DNA of 49,621 nucleotides, counting the filler, from Cladosporium halotolerans (lineage: Eukaryota): assembly GCF_011745625.1 (NCBI RefSeq). It is 2 parts of 2 records of this genome, joined end to end, with 100 filler letters (N's around TTAATTAATTAA, not from the genome) between each part and the next. Parts side by side here need not be neighbours in the genome. Positions count along the whole stretch, not along the records: positions 1 to 24,814 come from NW_027191539.1; positions 24,915 to 49,621 come from NW_027191540.1. The stretch is one strand, 5' to 3'. The notes under the pieces are model-generated. The model worked only from the letters and a program-made list of their open reading frames with translations. It ran no database searches and was not told where the DNA came from. A program made the position numbers and the translations under genes. How positions within the stretch are numbered: the first letter of the stretch is position 1; each line of letters opens with the position of its first letter. Shown one piece after another: positions 23,125-34,929 of the stretch.

Positions 23125-24708
23125 CGTCAACAGACATGTGCGTCGGGTCGCTGGGTTCGAAGATCTGGGCCGCCTTTGCCACCATCTTGGTCCTCGGACG
23201 GAGTTCTCTTGTCGGTCGAGGCGATCGTTCGTTCTGCGATAGTGGTTCTGGTGTGCTCATCTCTGAAGATATTGGGATCACCTGTGTCGGCATGATTTGA
23301 TCCAGGTCTCTGAGTGTCATCTCCATTTCCATCTGATCTGCGTCCATTGTGAGGTCATCCTTTTCTGCTGCCGGTTCCATCGCTGGTGGGCTGCTGCGCA
23401 TCTCGGCCTCCATCTGCTGGCGTGTCTGTCGGCTCGATCTCTTTTCGGGGCACCGCGGCGATGTCGCCGGGTGTGGTTCTTTGCAGTTCGCACACTTTGC
23501 CGGGTGGTGCTCACACGGCCCTGATCTCTTGCTACAGCCTTCGGCGGTGCACTCGTGCTTGCTCCCTTCATGGTCACCTGCACATACAAAGCACTGTGGG
23601 TCTTTGGTGCACTGGCCGAAGTGGTCTCGACCGCAGCAGCGCATACACATACCGCCATCTCCTCGTTCCCAGAATCTCTCTACCTCGTGGCGTCTGCCTC
23701 CGAAGAACAATCCCTTTGCTAGGATCACATCCGCAGTCCTCTTGCTTTTCACGGTCAAGACCAGTGTCGACCTCTTGATGCTTCCACTGTCGTAGCGTTC
23801 GGCCAGGGTATCGCCTTTGATCCAACGTGGTGCGAAAGGCAAGTGCTCACCTGTCATCAGTTCGATCTCCTCTCGTGCTACCTCTAGTCCGTCTTCGCTC
23901 ATGTAGCGGTCCAGCGCAACGCCGTGGACCCTTAGCTTGAGCCATCTTTCGGTCTTTTCCATATAGGCGACCTCGGGGTCTAACTTCTTCACCGCGGCCA
24001 TCACGACCTGTGCGAAGTTAAGTAGCTCGTCTGCACATGCGTTCTCGCTTATCACACCTGTCAAGTTGCCCTTGTCCGTGTACCCCATTTTGGTCAGTCT
24101 TACCGTCACATGGGCTCTCGCGTGGGCGAGAGCTTTGTTCACTTCGAACATAATGTCTCTAGGGTCGCAACTATGCTTTTGTACATTTCTGACGAAGAGG
24201 ACTCGGCGCTGGTCGCGCGGATGTTCCTTCAGCTTTTTCTTACCATTTGTGACTGTGGTCCATCCATTGTTTGCTCCCGATTCCGTAATATTGGCCCAGC
24301 TAGGCTGTGTCACTCGCGCCGGTGGTGGGCGTGTTTGACTGTTGGATGTCTACTCCGTACCTCTGAACAAAGCGCCATCCTTTCGCGGGGCTGGGATGAC
24401 TCCCGTCTGCTGCTTGAGTGTATGCAACACTGTCATCACCTCGTTCATGAGTTGCTTGACTTGAATTCGTTCCTTCTTCATTTCTTCCACTTCTGCTCAG
24501 AAAGATCGCACATCGTCCGAACAGTCGACAGTGGCAACGGGCTCATTGGGTACTCGCGAAGCTCTCTCAATGAGATCTCCGATCGCTTGTAGGAGAGCAT
24601 TGTCTTGTATGCCGAAAGCAGAGTCTCGATCTGTCTTGCGCTTATTCGGGCTCAATGGTCTTGCGGTTTGCGTCTGCTGTTCCTCCCAGTTCTGCGATTC
24701 TGCCCCTT
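23105..24708 (-). pseudogene. LINE ORF1 (gag-like, Cys/His knuckles)
   Basis: ORF 23105-24313 with CMRCCGRDHFGQC, CFVCAGDHEGSKHEC and CANCKEPHPATSPRC. Coding-like sequence continues to ~24708 past one stop and a frameshift. Confidence 0.85.
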
Positions 24709-24711
24709 GAA

Positions 24712-24814
24712 ATTGATTGATTGATTGATTGATTGATCTGTTAAGCTATGCACAGGCTCGACACCCGTATGAGCTGTTCCTAAGATCTACCTAACGATCA
24801 AGCTCTCGTAACCG
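24712..24814 (-). mobile_element. 3' end of a further LINE with an (AATC)n tail, cut by the gap
   Basis: (TTGA)6 at 24713-24736 followed by GCTATGCAC...CCGTATGAGC..GT.CCT, shared with the 3' UTR at ~16620-16655. Confidence 0.75.
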
Positions 24815-24914
24815 NNNNNNNNNNNNNNNNNNNNNNNNNNNNNNNNNNNNNNNNNNNNTTAATTAATTAANNNNNNNNNNNNNNNNNNNNNNNNNNNNNN
24901 NNNNNNNNNNNNNN
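24815..24914. other. Artificial scaffold/contig linker (44 N + TTAATTAATTAA + 44 N)
   Basis: Exactly 100 bp and symmetric; the 12-mer places stop codons in all six frames. Confidence 0.95.
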
Positions 24915-25021
24915 TGAATCTGATTATTCAGGTCCGAGCTCAATCAGGGACCTGATTGATTGATTACCTGATTGATTATCTGATTGAGAAAATCAAGATT
25001 CAAGATCTATGCCGAGCTCTG
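24915..25021. mobile_element. Probable terminus of a hAT-like DNA transposon, cut by the gap
   Basis: Ends ...TGCCGAGCTCTG (CAG-initial on the minus strand) after densely repeated TGATT/AATCA subterminal motifs; the other end is not visible. Confidence 0.45.
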
Positions 25022-28000
25022 AAGAGTTAGAGATTGTCACGCGGACCGCACCATGCTGATGCGCCATCTCCGAAGGTAGTCTTTGACATCGCCCCTGCCC
25101 TCCTTCTACCAAGTTACCGCCGCTCCCAGCTCTTCTTCCGAATCTCCGCTTCTTAGTCGGACAGATCTTTTGGATTGCGCTCTTTTGTGGCGGGTATCCT
25201 GACCTCCTTGCAGTCCACCAGCAGAGCACTTTCGAGCTTGGAGAAGTCGCTGGCGCCCATTCAATTCTTCGTCGTCATTTGTCTGCTCTTGAGCGGTAGA
25301 AGAAACCAAAATCTCCCCTTGGCGACCGCTTTCGAAGGACTATACAATTGATAGAGAGGGGAATGACGTCCCTGGCCGGGCTCGACGCGGTCTGGGAAGG
25401 GTGCAATGAGTGGATGAAATGTAGTAGATGTTGCGCGTCCGTTTATGTGCGCGAGGCGCTCTACGAAGGAGGTCCGGATTGGGTTCAAAGGAGCGTCAAA
25501 CCTTTCTAACACCACCACCGACAATCTTTTTGATGCCGACGGCGCTTGAGGCACTCTTCGGCCCAAGATACACTCTCGTATTTGGTCGCCTCTAAGCAAT
25601 TACCACGAAACTCACGCCCGACTCGAAGATCTCCGCAGTAACACTTTTCCAAACGGTTTCGAGACCATTTCCAGATTACTTCCCACCGAAATCCTCGGCG
25701 GCCGCGGACGGGGAGAAACTGTCAGATTCAGCCTTTGGTCTGCGATTCTGGACGCCGCCAACCATTATCAACCGACCGCAAGAACCTTGAGAGCAGGGCA
25801 AACCCGTTGTGGTGAAGGCTGTTTGTACCGGTCAATAGCGCTTCAGGCTACAGTAGGACTGAATACTGGGTGAGGATATATTTGAAGACAGACGAACACA
25901 AAGGCAAACGAGACCACGCTGTCAGTGATCTCGTCCTGGGAACTTACTTACACTCCTCATCACTGGGTGCGCGGTGAAAGACCATGAATGGTGGTCATCG
26001 GACACAATCAATTCTCAAGCAACTCAGCAGCATCCACGGACAACATCGCCCTTTCTGACGTCGGCTCCCGCGTGGCGCAAGGCTCATTCAAGAGCCAGAA
26101 GTCGGCCGCCAGCGACGGAGAGTCCGTCCTCGGATCCTTTCTGAAACGTCCGATTTGCAGTGGTTGCTGCCCGGCTCTTGAGCTGCCGGGGAGGACAAGA
26201 CGTTCAACAAGACGGAAAGGTTGGGATAAGAGCATGGGAGAGAAAACTGAGAAATAAAGAGAGAGCTCAGGGAAGGACAAGAAGTTTTCGGGTGGTATTG
26301 CTGGGATATATGCCAGCCGCGGAGGAGAAAAAAGTGGTAGCCTCGAAAGCGAGATAGACTTGGCATGCCTGTGGATGACTATCGTGTTATGATATTACCG
26401 TTGAGGGAGGGTACGATGATTGAGTCACAAGAGAGGCAGTTGCGGTAGACAGTCAATGTATTGACTAGGCGTTTTCGCAGCAAATTTTCCTGCTTTTGAG
26501 TGCTTGCAAGCGCGTCTTTTCCTCTTGATACAAACATAAATCCTGGTCTGCGGTTGCAGATGGAATGCCTGCGATGTAGATGGCCACGCAAAGGCATTGA
26601 AAGAGAATGCGGAGTTGAGACACCAAATTGATAAATACCACTATGGTTCGTAACCAACAAAGAAATATTTGCAGCCGCGAACTCTGTCTAATGCGCATCA
26701 CCGCGACGACTACCACCACACCGCCTGAGCCCCAGTCGCTCTCGAAAACCCTAAGTCCCGGCTCGGAATTCCTGTCTATGCCACGAAGTCCCACGTATCC
26801 CCAAGTCTCACAAGTGATAAGTACTATCAAAAAAAAGCGTAGTCCCACCGGCCACCTGTCTCCCCTCGATCGCCGCCCGAGGAGGCAATCTCGAGAATCC
26901 AGGCATAGCCCCTGCCCAGCGCGCCCGCCAAACAGCCACCCGGCGCCACGGCGACGCCCGAGGGCATCAACTGTGAAACCGCTTTCGCAACAGAGACACA
27001 TCCGGGGATTAGTCGCTGCCACTGCAGAAGAGAGAGTGCTGAGCGTCTGCCGAGACAGCCGCTTCAGCGTGTGTGTGGAGAGGCCGCCCCAACCCATGTA
27101 TGTCCCGAGCTGAGCGAACGACGATGCTTGGGACACGGTGACTTTCCGAGGATGTCAAACCGGCTGGCGAAAGTTGTTTGCTCGAGCCCCAACATGTTCC
27201 TTATCCTCCGGTCAAAATTGTAGCGCACGGCCGCGAGCGCTGCAGTGTCTTCCGATGAAGTCTTCTGCATGCTTGACCGCTGCTCGGTGACCAATGACCC
27301 CCTGTTCCCCGCGAGTGACCCAGAGCCTGCCGAGGCGAGGCATCGAGGTCGGATAGGCCGCCCAAATTGGTTCGAGGTCCACCGTGCGGACCGGCATGCA
27401 GGCGCGGAATCACCCTGGCCCACACACCACTGACGCGCGGGGTGTACCCTGGAAGTGACGGTTCTTTAAGGTCTGCCGTCAAAAGACCCGCATGCATGCT
27501 TGGAATCACCCTCGCACGCACACTGAGTACCGGGGTATTCCGGGAAGCATCGAAAAAGCCCTCAGAAGTCCCTGCGCGCAGAGAGCGGGAAAACGAGTTG
27601 AATCGTTTTTACGGCCATGGAGCCCAGCCGCGACGGATCAGGAAGCGGGTGTGGGGTTATACCCACGGCCAACCCACGGATAGGCCGCCCCAGCCAGCCG
27701 GTCAGGGGGAGATTACAGACGTGCAGCGTCCTGCGGCGTCCAACCTGGTTGTGCTTCGATGCTTGATTGTGTGTCGATAGGCCGCCGCGGACACAGGGCC
27801 GGGAGCAGAGCAAAAGCGCTTAACAGGCATATAGAGTGACCACAACTCCCCTGCTTCTGTTTTTTGATGCTTGTGATCCATGAAGGAGCATTGTCGCATC
27901 GCCGATGAGATACGAAGGTCGGGCTCACAGGCAGACAAGCGTGGCTCTGACCGCACTGAAGCGGCTCTGTCGAGGCGACGCCGAGCACAGGCCGGGTCTC

Positions 28001-28559
28001 GGTCAGACGCTCCGCTGTTTCGCCAGGAGGTTAGCAGGCCAGAGGGGTTTAGTCTGTCAGATCGTCGCCGCCCCAGGGAGGCCACAAATCTGGGCGACCG
28101 CGGCGTGACCTGGTGTTCAGGCTGAACGTGACAGAGCGTCGGCGACGTCCTCGACCGCAGGTTAGGCTGTTAATCACAGAACAAGTCAGCCGCTGAATCG
28201 AGGGAAGTGTTGGGGAGTTGCAGCAACATACCGCAAAGCGCAGAAGACAGCGTGGCTGTGTGTTTGGTTATCGAAACCGTGTTGGGACTTACGGAGGGCC
28301 AAAAGGTTGCCTCCTGCCAAGCTTCTTGTGAAAACTGTCGAGGTGGCGGTGCGCGATGATCAGTCGCGACCTCTTTGAGAATATTTGGCCGTCGCGAGCC
28401 TCTCATTGACGGAGTGTCTGCGGTGACGTGGACTAGATTGCGACGGTGTCGAGGAGTCAGCTCAGTCGCACGAGTTATCCCAAGTGTACAGCCCACCTTT
28501 TCGCGTCACTCAGGCCTTGAGCATATGAACGCGATAGATTTTGCGATGGCCTAGGGGAC

Positions 28560-29042
28560 GGGCTCGAGCTGGTGGCGAACAACGGTTATCGGCGGCGCGG
28601 CGAGCCACTGTCATCCAACCTGGCGTTCTGTTAGCTTCAAAGTGTTCCCTGAGACTTTTCGTTCCCATTCAGGGTGGCCTGAAGCTCTTACCTTGGTGAT
28701 TTGCACCTTTGTGGCCAATTGCGCTGGTGGATTGGCGGTGTCTTGGGTGCGAAAGCCGGACTTGAAGTGGCAAGCGGGGTTCAGGGGCTCGAGCGCGCTG
28801 GCAGGCTTTGGGTGCGTCCTGCAATGTTAGTGACGGCGATGAGATCGCGGCTTTTGCGACGATGAGGATGGCGAAAGCGAGGAAACTGAACACTCGGTCG
28901 CGCAAGCTACCAGCATGTTAGCAGGTGCTGTGGTGTCGCCATGGCTGCAGCTGTGTAGGCGAGAGCCTGAGCTCACAACCGCCGGACTCCCAGCACTGTC
29001 GACATGGTGGGTTGAGCTGTACCTTGATGTTGCTGAGAACAT
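28560..29042 (-). other. Possible multi-intron transcript with only a short ORF
   Basis: Three CTAAC branch + YAG acceptors (ending 28907, 28819, 28620); donors AAG|GTACAG (29022) and AAG|GTAAGA (28691); the middle donor is weak. Confidence 0.35.
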
Positions 29043-31931
29043 TCCGATCGCGAATGTACAGCTGATGGTCGAAGCCTCTGCGGCTCTAGGAGGTTGCGGC
29101 TGTGGTGGTGGAAGTGGTGATGGCGGTGGGGTGGCGTGTTGGGGCGAAAGACTTGGGCCTCTCGCAAAATTGGCTCAGCTGCGACGGCGGTGGGGTGGCA
29201 AAAAAGAGCAAAGACCACGCCAAGAGGTGAATGAGCGCGCGCAAGCGATCTCGAGTCACATGACGGTCTCGAGAAATCGTTCACGGTTGCGCTCTAGGTC
29301 TGCAACACATGTCGGATCCTTTTCCGGGAGTCCACAGTCACCTGACGATGATTGATATTCTCCAGCTCTCTTGATGTTTGCATGACTTTGACATTGCTGT
29401 GGAAAACAAGCATTCTATTGCTCCAAAAACAAACGAACCATAGCTCATCAGCAAACTTTGCCCGCCTTTCACATCCGCCCTGCGCGCAAACGAGTGATCG
29501 CGCCTGTGCTGTGACTGTAAGACCTTTGCTTTGTTTCGGACAAGACCATGTCGTTTGATGCTCACGCGATTCGTCTCCGCCAATCGAGCGCCTTGGATCA
29601 GCAAACAACCACATCGAGCAGATCTGCGCATCCACTCAAAGTCGCCGATTGCTGGGAATAGTGTGTGCTCTACTCCTCTTAACATCAGAAACATTGGGGA
29701 AGGCTTTGAGCCATGGCTTGAACATAGTTGCGAACAAAGAATGAGACCTGCATCAACACCAAAATAACGGCGTGCAATCAATCAGCGTTTTGCAATGCAA
29801 ACCACCCACATCCCCGTCCACGTTGATCCTTCTCTTGTGGCATGCTCATCGAGCCTACCATGTTCAAGAATGTCCCGTACTACTGTTCTCATGCCACTCG
29901 TGCCTTCATCGGCCTTTCCTTCTCCTGTTTTGCTGGGCTGATTGCAGTAGTGTTAAATTCCGAGCGCAAGCCTTCCGTGCTCTTTGAATCTGGTCCGTGG
30001 GCTTAATCGAGTATGCGAGTAGAAAGAGGGCGCGGGCGGTGTTCTCGTGTCAGAGCTTTAGTCGAAATCGGAATGGATGATACTTCTCCGTTCAGGACGC
30101 TCCAGCCGTCGTATGAGGAATTGCCGGCCTATACAAGTGAGCTGGTAACACGGCGGAACTCGAAAGCAAACAGTCGGATTTTCATCAGAGACAGAGCCAG
30201 CCCGCAACGCTTTTCCTGTAGAGTGAGCAGGCTTCTGCAAGCTAACGGACCAGCAACGCGCGTTCAAAGAAAGATCCCTGCATGTGTTGGGATACAAAGG
30301 CCAAGAAGGCAGATGTGATAGAATTTGAAAGTGCAGCGCTTTGTTGAGCTTTCGTTTTAGCATCCAATGCGTCTTTATATGTATTTTTAGTGATTGGTGG
30401 AGGGCAGCAATCAGTGGGAGCGGAGATGTATTGATCCGCCCACTTGCCGCGCACAATTTTTCTGATATTTCGTTCTGATCGACTTGGCTGGTCGTCTCGT
30501 AATTACATCCAGATCATCTGCTGTGTTCCTCGGAACGTGCGTGACGCGCTTGTTACATTGCAAAAACGCAGGCCCATGCAATTTCTGGTCGCAAGCTTTC
30601 ATTTCCCTCCCCCAGTCACCGGCGATGCACTCAAAGCAAAGCCAACTGTGCCACCCGAGCCATCAAGTAAGTTGTCAGCTAATTTGTCTTACTTTTCTAC
30701 AGTTGGACCATATTCGCAAAAGGCATGTTTGTACCTTTATTCCAATACGCGCTCCGGCCATTTCTCCCCGGCATCAACCACACTCCAGTTACCGATACAT
30801 CCAAAAACATCAACCAGTCTTCTAACAGCTCGATAAGGCTCCACTTTCCCCGACAGGATCTTATGTCGTCCTACCGACGCTACAACACCCAATCTCGCGT
30901 TCGAATCCGATGATTTCCTCGCGAATGCCCATTCGAAGCGGAGAAGAGAAGGCAACGGGAGCCAAAAGGGATCACAATTGATAGGGGAAAGAGAAAGAGC
31001 TTGGACAGACCGAGCGTGCATGGCATGACCTCCAACATACCCATGGCTAGAAATTCTGCTACGCCTTCCAGAGTGGCATGATGCTTCCTCCAAATACTCT
31101 TTCGGCAGGAGATGGCACGAGCAGGTTTTCCTCCCCTCAGCCTCTGATCAGCTGCGCCCTCTACCAGCGAGCCTTTGTCTCACCGCGCCACTTATCTGCC
31201 TTGGCCACATTTTGAGACCCATACTATCTTGACCTCGACTCTGGCCGCGGACGCGCCTCCTGCTCCTCTCCAGGTGATGAGCTGTACCATGACGCCTTAC
31301 AGCCAGCTCCCGGCTCTGCGCATCTCCCCAACCCTACCGTGGTGTTCTTTTTGCCGTGGGTATCCGACGCGAGATTCAGATCATGTCTTCTTGGGCCTCA
31401 CCATCGCAGCAACGGACTGCTCATACCGCGGCAGGCCGCGCGCCGGTGCTGGTGTCTCGAATTCGAAATGCGACACCGCCACAAGCGCATGGTACGCAAG
31501 AACATTCCCACAGCAAAGGAACACTCTTTTGAGTGTCTCTGGCTGCCGCGCGTGTTGGTCGTCAAGCCTTGCTCCGTCTGCGGCGAGAATTTCGGAGCAG
31601 AAGCGTGCGCGATCTCGACTCCCTGCTGCTGGACTTGCCGATTTTGGCAGGCGGAGACTATGCTGGTGTAGAAGTGCTTGACTACAGGTGGAGCAGCACC
31701 CGGGCTGCTTCATCGCTGCAATGATGTATGGGCTACACTGGTGGGCTCGAGACCGCGCAGGCAGAGAGACCAAATGGGGTGCTGGTCGGGCGGACTTGGG
31801 TGCAGAAGACGGTTTTCCAGGAATGACAGTAGTGAGGGATATCAGGTGGAACGGGAGTGAGGTCAGAACAATGATGTTCTCGTTGCATAGCTTGAGCTTC
31901 CACGCCATAATGAATACTACACAAACAAACT

Positions 31932-33733
31932 CTACGCTCTCCAGTACCCTCTCTTCGGGAATTCACCGACCCACGCAGCAATCTGCTCAACAACCTCATC
32001 AATGACCTGCTTGACCTCCTCGTTTACCGCTCCATTCTGCGTGACCAGATCGCTGGTATGGAAGCCGCCCGGCACAATCTTGACTGGCACCTGCTTCGTA
32101 CTCCCCAAAGGACCCTCAGGCCGCAAGTCCGACGACACCGACGCCTCGCGCCAAGGGTCAAAGTCGCCGTTCACGTAGATCAGGCGGCTGGTGTTTGTGT
32201 TCTGCCATCCCTGCGTGTACGCGTTGACGCGCGCTTCCGTGCGACCTGAGCTGAGACCGTAAGTTGTTCCATCCGCGGCGGGCGGGAAGTACAGCCCGCA
32301 CTGTCGGATCCAGTATTCAGGTGTGACAAGGCGGGAGACGATGGTGGGACGGTCGCGGGGCGCTCCGGTCTGCCAGTACCCGAAGGGCTCATTGCACGTC
32401 ATCCAAACCCATTGCCGGTCCAGCGTATTGCTCAGGCTGGTATCGGTGAACATTGGGTTGGAGGCGTTGTAGGTGTCCAGGCAGTCGGTGTTGAGCTCGC
32501 CGGAGAAGTAGCCGAAAGACTCGCAGTAGCCGGGCAGAAACTCTGCTTTTGTCCAGGCGGCGTAGCCCTCGAGGGCTTTGGCAAGGCCGACGCCTTCAGG
32601 TCCAGGGACGGTGCTGGTGTTCTTGTAGGTGGTCAGGTTGCTGGTGCTGTTTGTCTGGCTGACATGCACATTCTCGATGTAATCGCACCAGTCAAAGAAG
32701 CCGGTGTTGCGGTAGAATTGGTTGCCTTGCCACAGCCATGGCCCGTTCTCGAGCGCCGCCATGAAGTCGTCGTTGTGCAGAACGTCTTGCATCCCAAATT
32801 TGGTCTTCAAGGCGAGGACCTCAGCGTCAGAGCCGCTGGTGAGCACCTCATCCATGTGGTCGATGACCAAGCTGACGTCTGTGCTGCAGTTCTTGGGCAT
32901 GCCTTGCTGCACGGGCAGAAAGTAGCCCCAATAGTCAGACACTGCTTGCACTGGTGCGCTGGAAGAGTGATAGGCCCAGATGGTGCCCGGATCAACCGCC
33001 TCGACCCATGCGGCCAGAGCGCCGGAGTAGGAGCCGCCGGAAAAGACCCAGGGCACATCGGCGGCATTGCTGTGAGAGTGACGGGCGAAGGGCAGGCGGA
33101 CAGTTTTGGCGAAGTTGGTCAGGTCTTTGATGGAGTTCTCAAGGGTGAGATACTTCAGGTTCTCGGTTGTCAAGTCGGCGAATGGCGTGGAGGTCCCCCA
33201 GTAACGGTGCTCAAGCACGATGGTGGCTGCTCCGATCCTCTCAGCGATCACTCCAGTGGTTCGGTTGATGCTCAGGTAGCTGGTGTAGCCCGTGGCGTTG
33301 ACTTCGCCAGGCGTGAAGAGGACAATGGGAGACCCTAAGAATGAGTCAGCCTTTGTTTGGAACAATGCAAACCAGCTGCAGGCCCGCTGTCGGCTGAGCA
33401 TACGCGGAATAGCGAGTTCGCCAGGATCAAGCGAGTAGTCTTTGGATACAGACACGAGAGCGGCAACCCACTCTTCGTCGTCGCTAGCCATGGTGTTCAC
33501 TTACCAGGTCCCTTCCAGTACGTGGTGTCATAAAAGTAGAACTGCTCAAAGGTGCCAAGCTCCGGGTTGCTGTGGTCGATGAACTGCTTGAAGGTCGAGT
33601 TGCCCGCGCCGCGGACGTGCTGCCAGTCTCTGCCGGGAAGGTGTCCCATCGACCTCCAGCTGTGCATGTCCTCATGGTGTCGTGCAGTGGCAGTCACCGC
33701 CGCCAGCGCCGCGGCCAGCAGGGCGTGCTTCAT
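31932..33733 (-). CDS. Secreted serine peptidase, family S28 (2 exons: 33733-33505, 33334-31932; 543 aa)
   Basis: Signal peptide MKHALLAAALAAVTATA; FKQFIDH, LEHRYWG, GGSYSG nucleophile, NGDFDPW, GFHTSD. Intron 33335-33504 (GTAAGT...GCTGAC...TAG) joins WKGPG-SPIVLFTPGE in frame. Confidence 0.93.
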
Positions 33734-34929
33734 CGTAGCGAGGCTGCAGGCAGAGAAGCTCGATCAGGGAACACTGCAGGATGCGCGGGTGCCTTCGCGT
33801 CCCTGGGCATGGGCTCGCTTTATGTATGCCATGTAGTATATCGCGGCGCACCCTTGCCGTCGCCGCCTCTTCCGCTCGGTGGTGCTTGCGTGGAGACCTC
33901 CATCTTGCGCAGATCCTCCTGCTGCTTTCGGCTGGTATCGGCGGGCTGGTCCAGAGTCTGTCCTGCCTAAACGAGGCTTCGCGTGACTTCAGAGGTCGGC
34001 GGCGCAGGCGAGAGTGGTATCGGCGGTGATTCGTGCATCGCAGGCCAAGCCCGAAGCGGTAGGTGGTATGTGGTTGAGATAAGCGTTGTGGAGGGTTGAT
34101 TTAGCGCCGACCTTAGTGGCCTCAGAGTCGGAAAAGCTTTGGCAGGGCCCTGGTTGGAGGAAGCGGGGAGTCTCGGGGCTGGACTCCGAGCTTTCTCGAC
34201 CTCACGTCCTCATGCTTGCGCGGCGAGCGATTGAGAATAAGAATAATATAGTCTACTTATGCAACGAAAAAAATTTGTGAGCTAGATCCTGATCGACGAT
34301 TGGGCGCTTGGACTGGATGAGCTTGCCGCTGTAACTTCGAACGTCCTACTGCGTCTGCGTCTTCGGTAGTGCAGCCGCGCTGGCTTGCCCCAACCCTAAC
34401 CCTACGTACTCCATCGTCAAATCAAAACCGCCTCAACGCATGGCATTCGCAGTCGTCTTGCACATCAGAGCGATCAAAATTCCTGTGGACGTCAGAAATA
34501 TCACGACGATTATATATTGATTCAAAGGGCAATCTGCGGCGCATGGTTGCACCGAAAGGCAGAAGAACATGGAAAGGAAGGCTGAAGTCGGGCAATGATG
34601 AACATGCTTGCATTCAGACTTGCTATCTAGAACTGACTCTGCCACTCCAATTGAGAAACAAAGGAAACCCTGCCCCACCAACCCGTTGTTAAGCTTCTTC
34701 TGCCGGGGCCATTTGGAAGGACCTCAAGAAGACGAACAAAGGAAAGCAGAGAACCATTCGCCCTATTGCCGTAATGACGGTTGACTGTCAGCTCTCGTTG
34801 ACGGTATTACCGTCATTGCCAGGGCCACATTCGTCCGGCGCTACCGTAGGTGTATTCGCAGTGACACAACTCGATCGCGTTTCTCGATGCCAACGTGTTG
34901 GCGTCATTGTTGCGCTGCTGACAAGCAAA

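Larger units (their letters stand above)
19039..24710 (-). mobile_element. Near-intact Tad1-like LINE (ORF1 + APE-RT-RNase H-like-zinc finger ORF2)
   Basis: A-tail at 19039-19044, overlapping ORF1/ORF2; 5' end cut by another LINE tail at ~24712. Confidence 0.93.

Noticed and set aside
24859..24870. TTAATTAATTAA palindrome as a biological site
   Set aside because: Centred in a symmetric N linker; a six-frame stop spacer.
25922..25963. Box C/D snoRNA-like GTGATGA...CTGA (minus)
   Set aside because: Only ~42 nt from C to D, with no C'/D' boxes or recognisable guide.
31490..31671. RING-finger-like peptide (CSVC...TPCC..C)
   Set aside because: Incomplete ligand set and early stop; at most a pseudogene remnant.
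32412..33338. 308-aa plus-strand ORF (likewise 21065-22072, 35407-36168, 44486-45394, 47988-48797)
   Set aside because: Antisense to recognisable or better-supported GC-rich genes; no motifs of their own.
33335..33500. N-terminus MNTMASDDEEW... of the 522-aa ORF
   Set aside because: Lies inside the predicted intron; the real first exon with signal peptide is 33733-33505.
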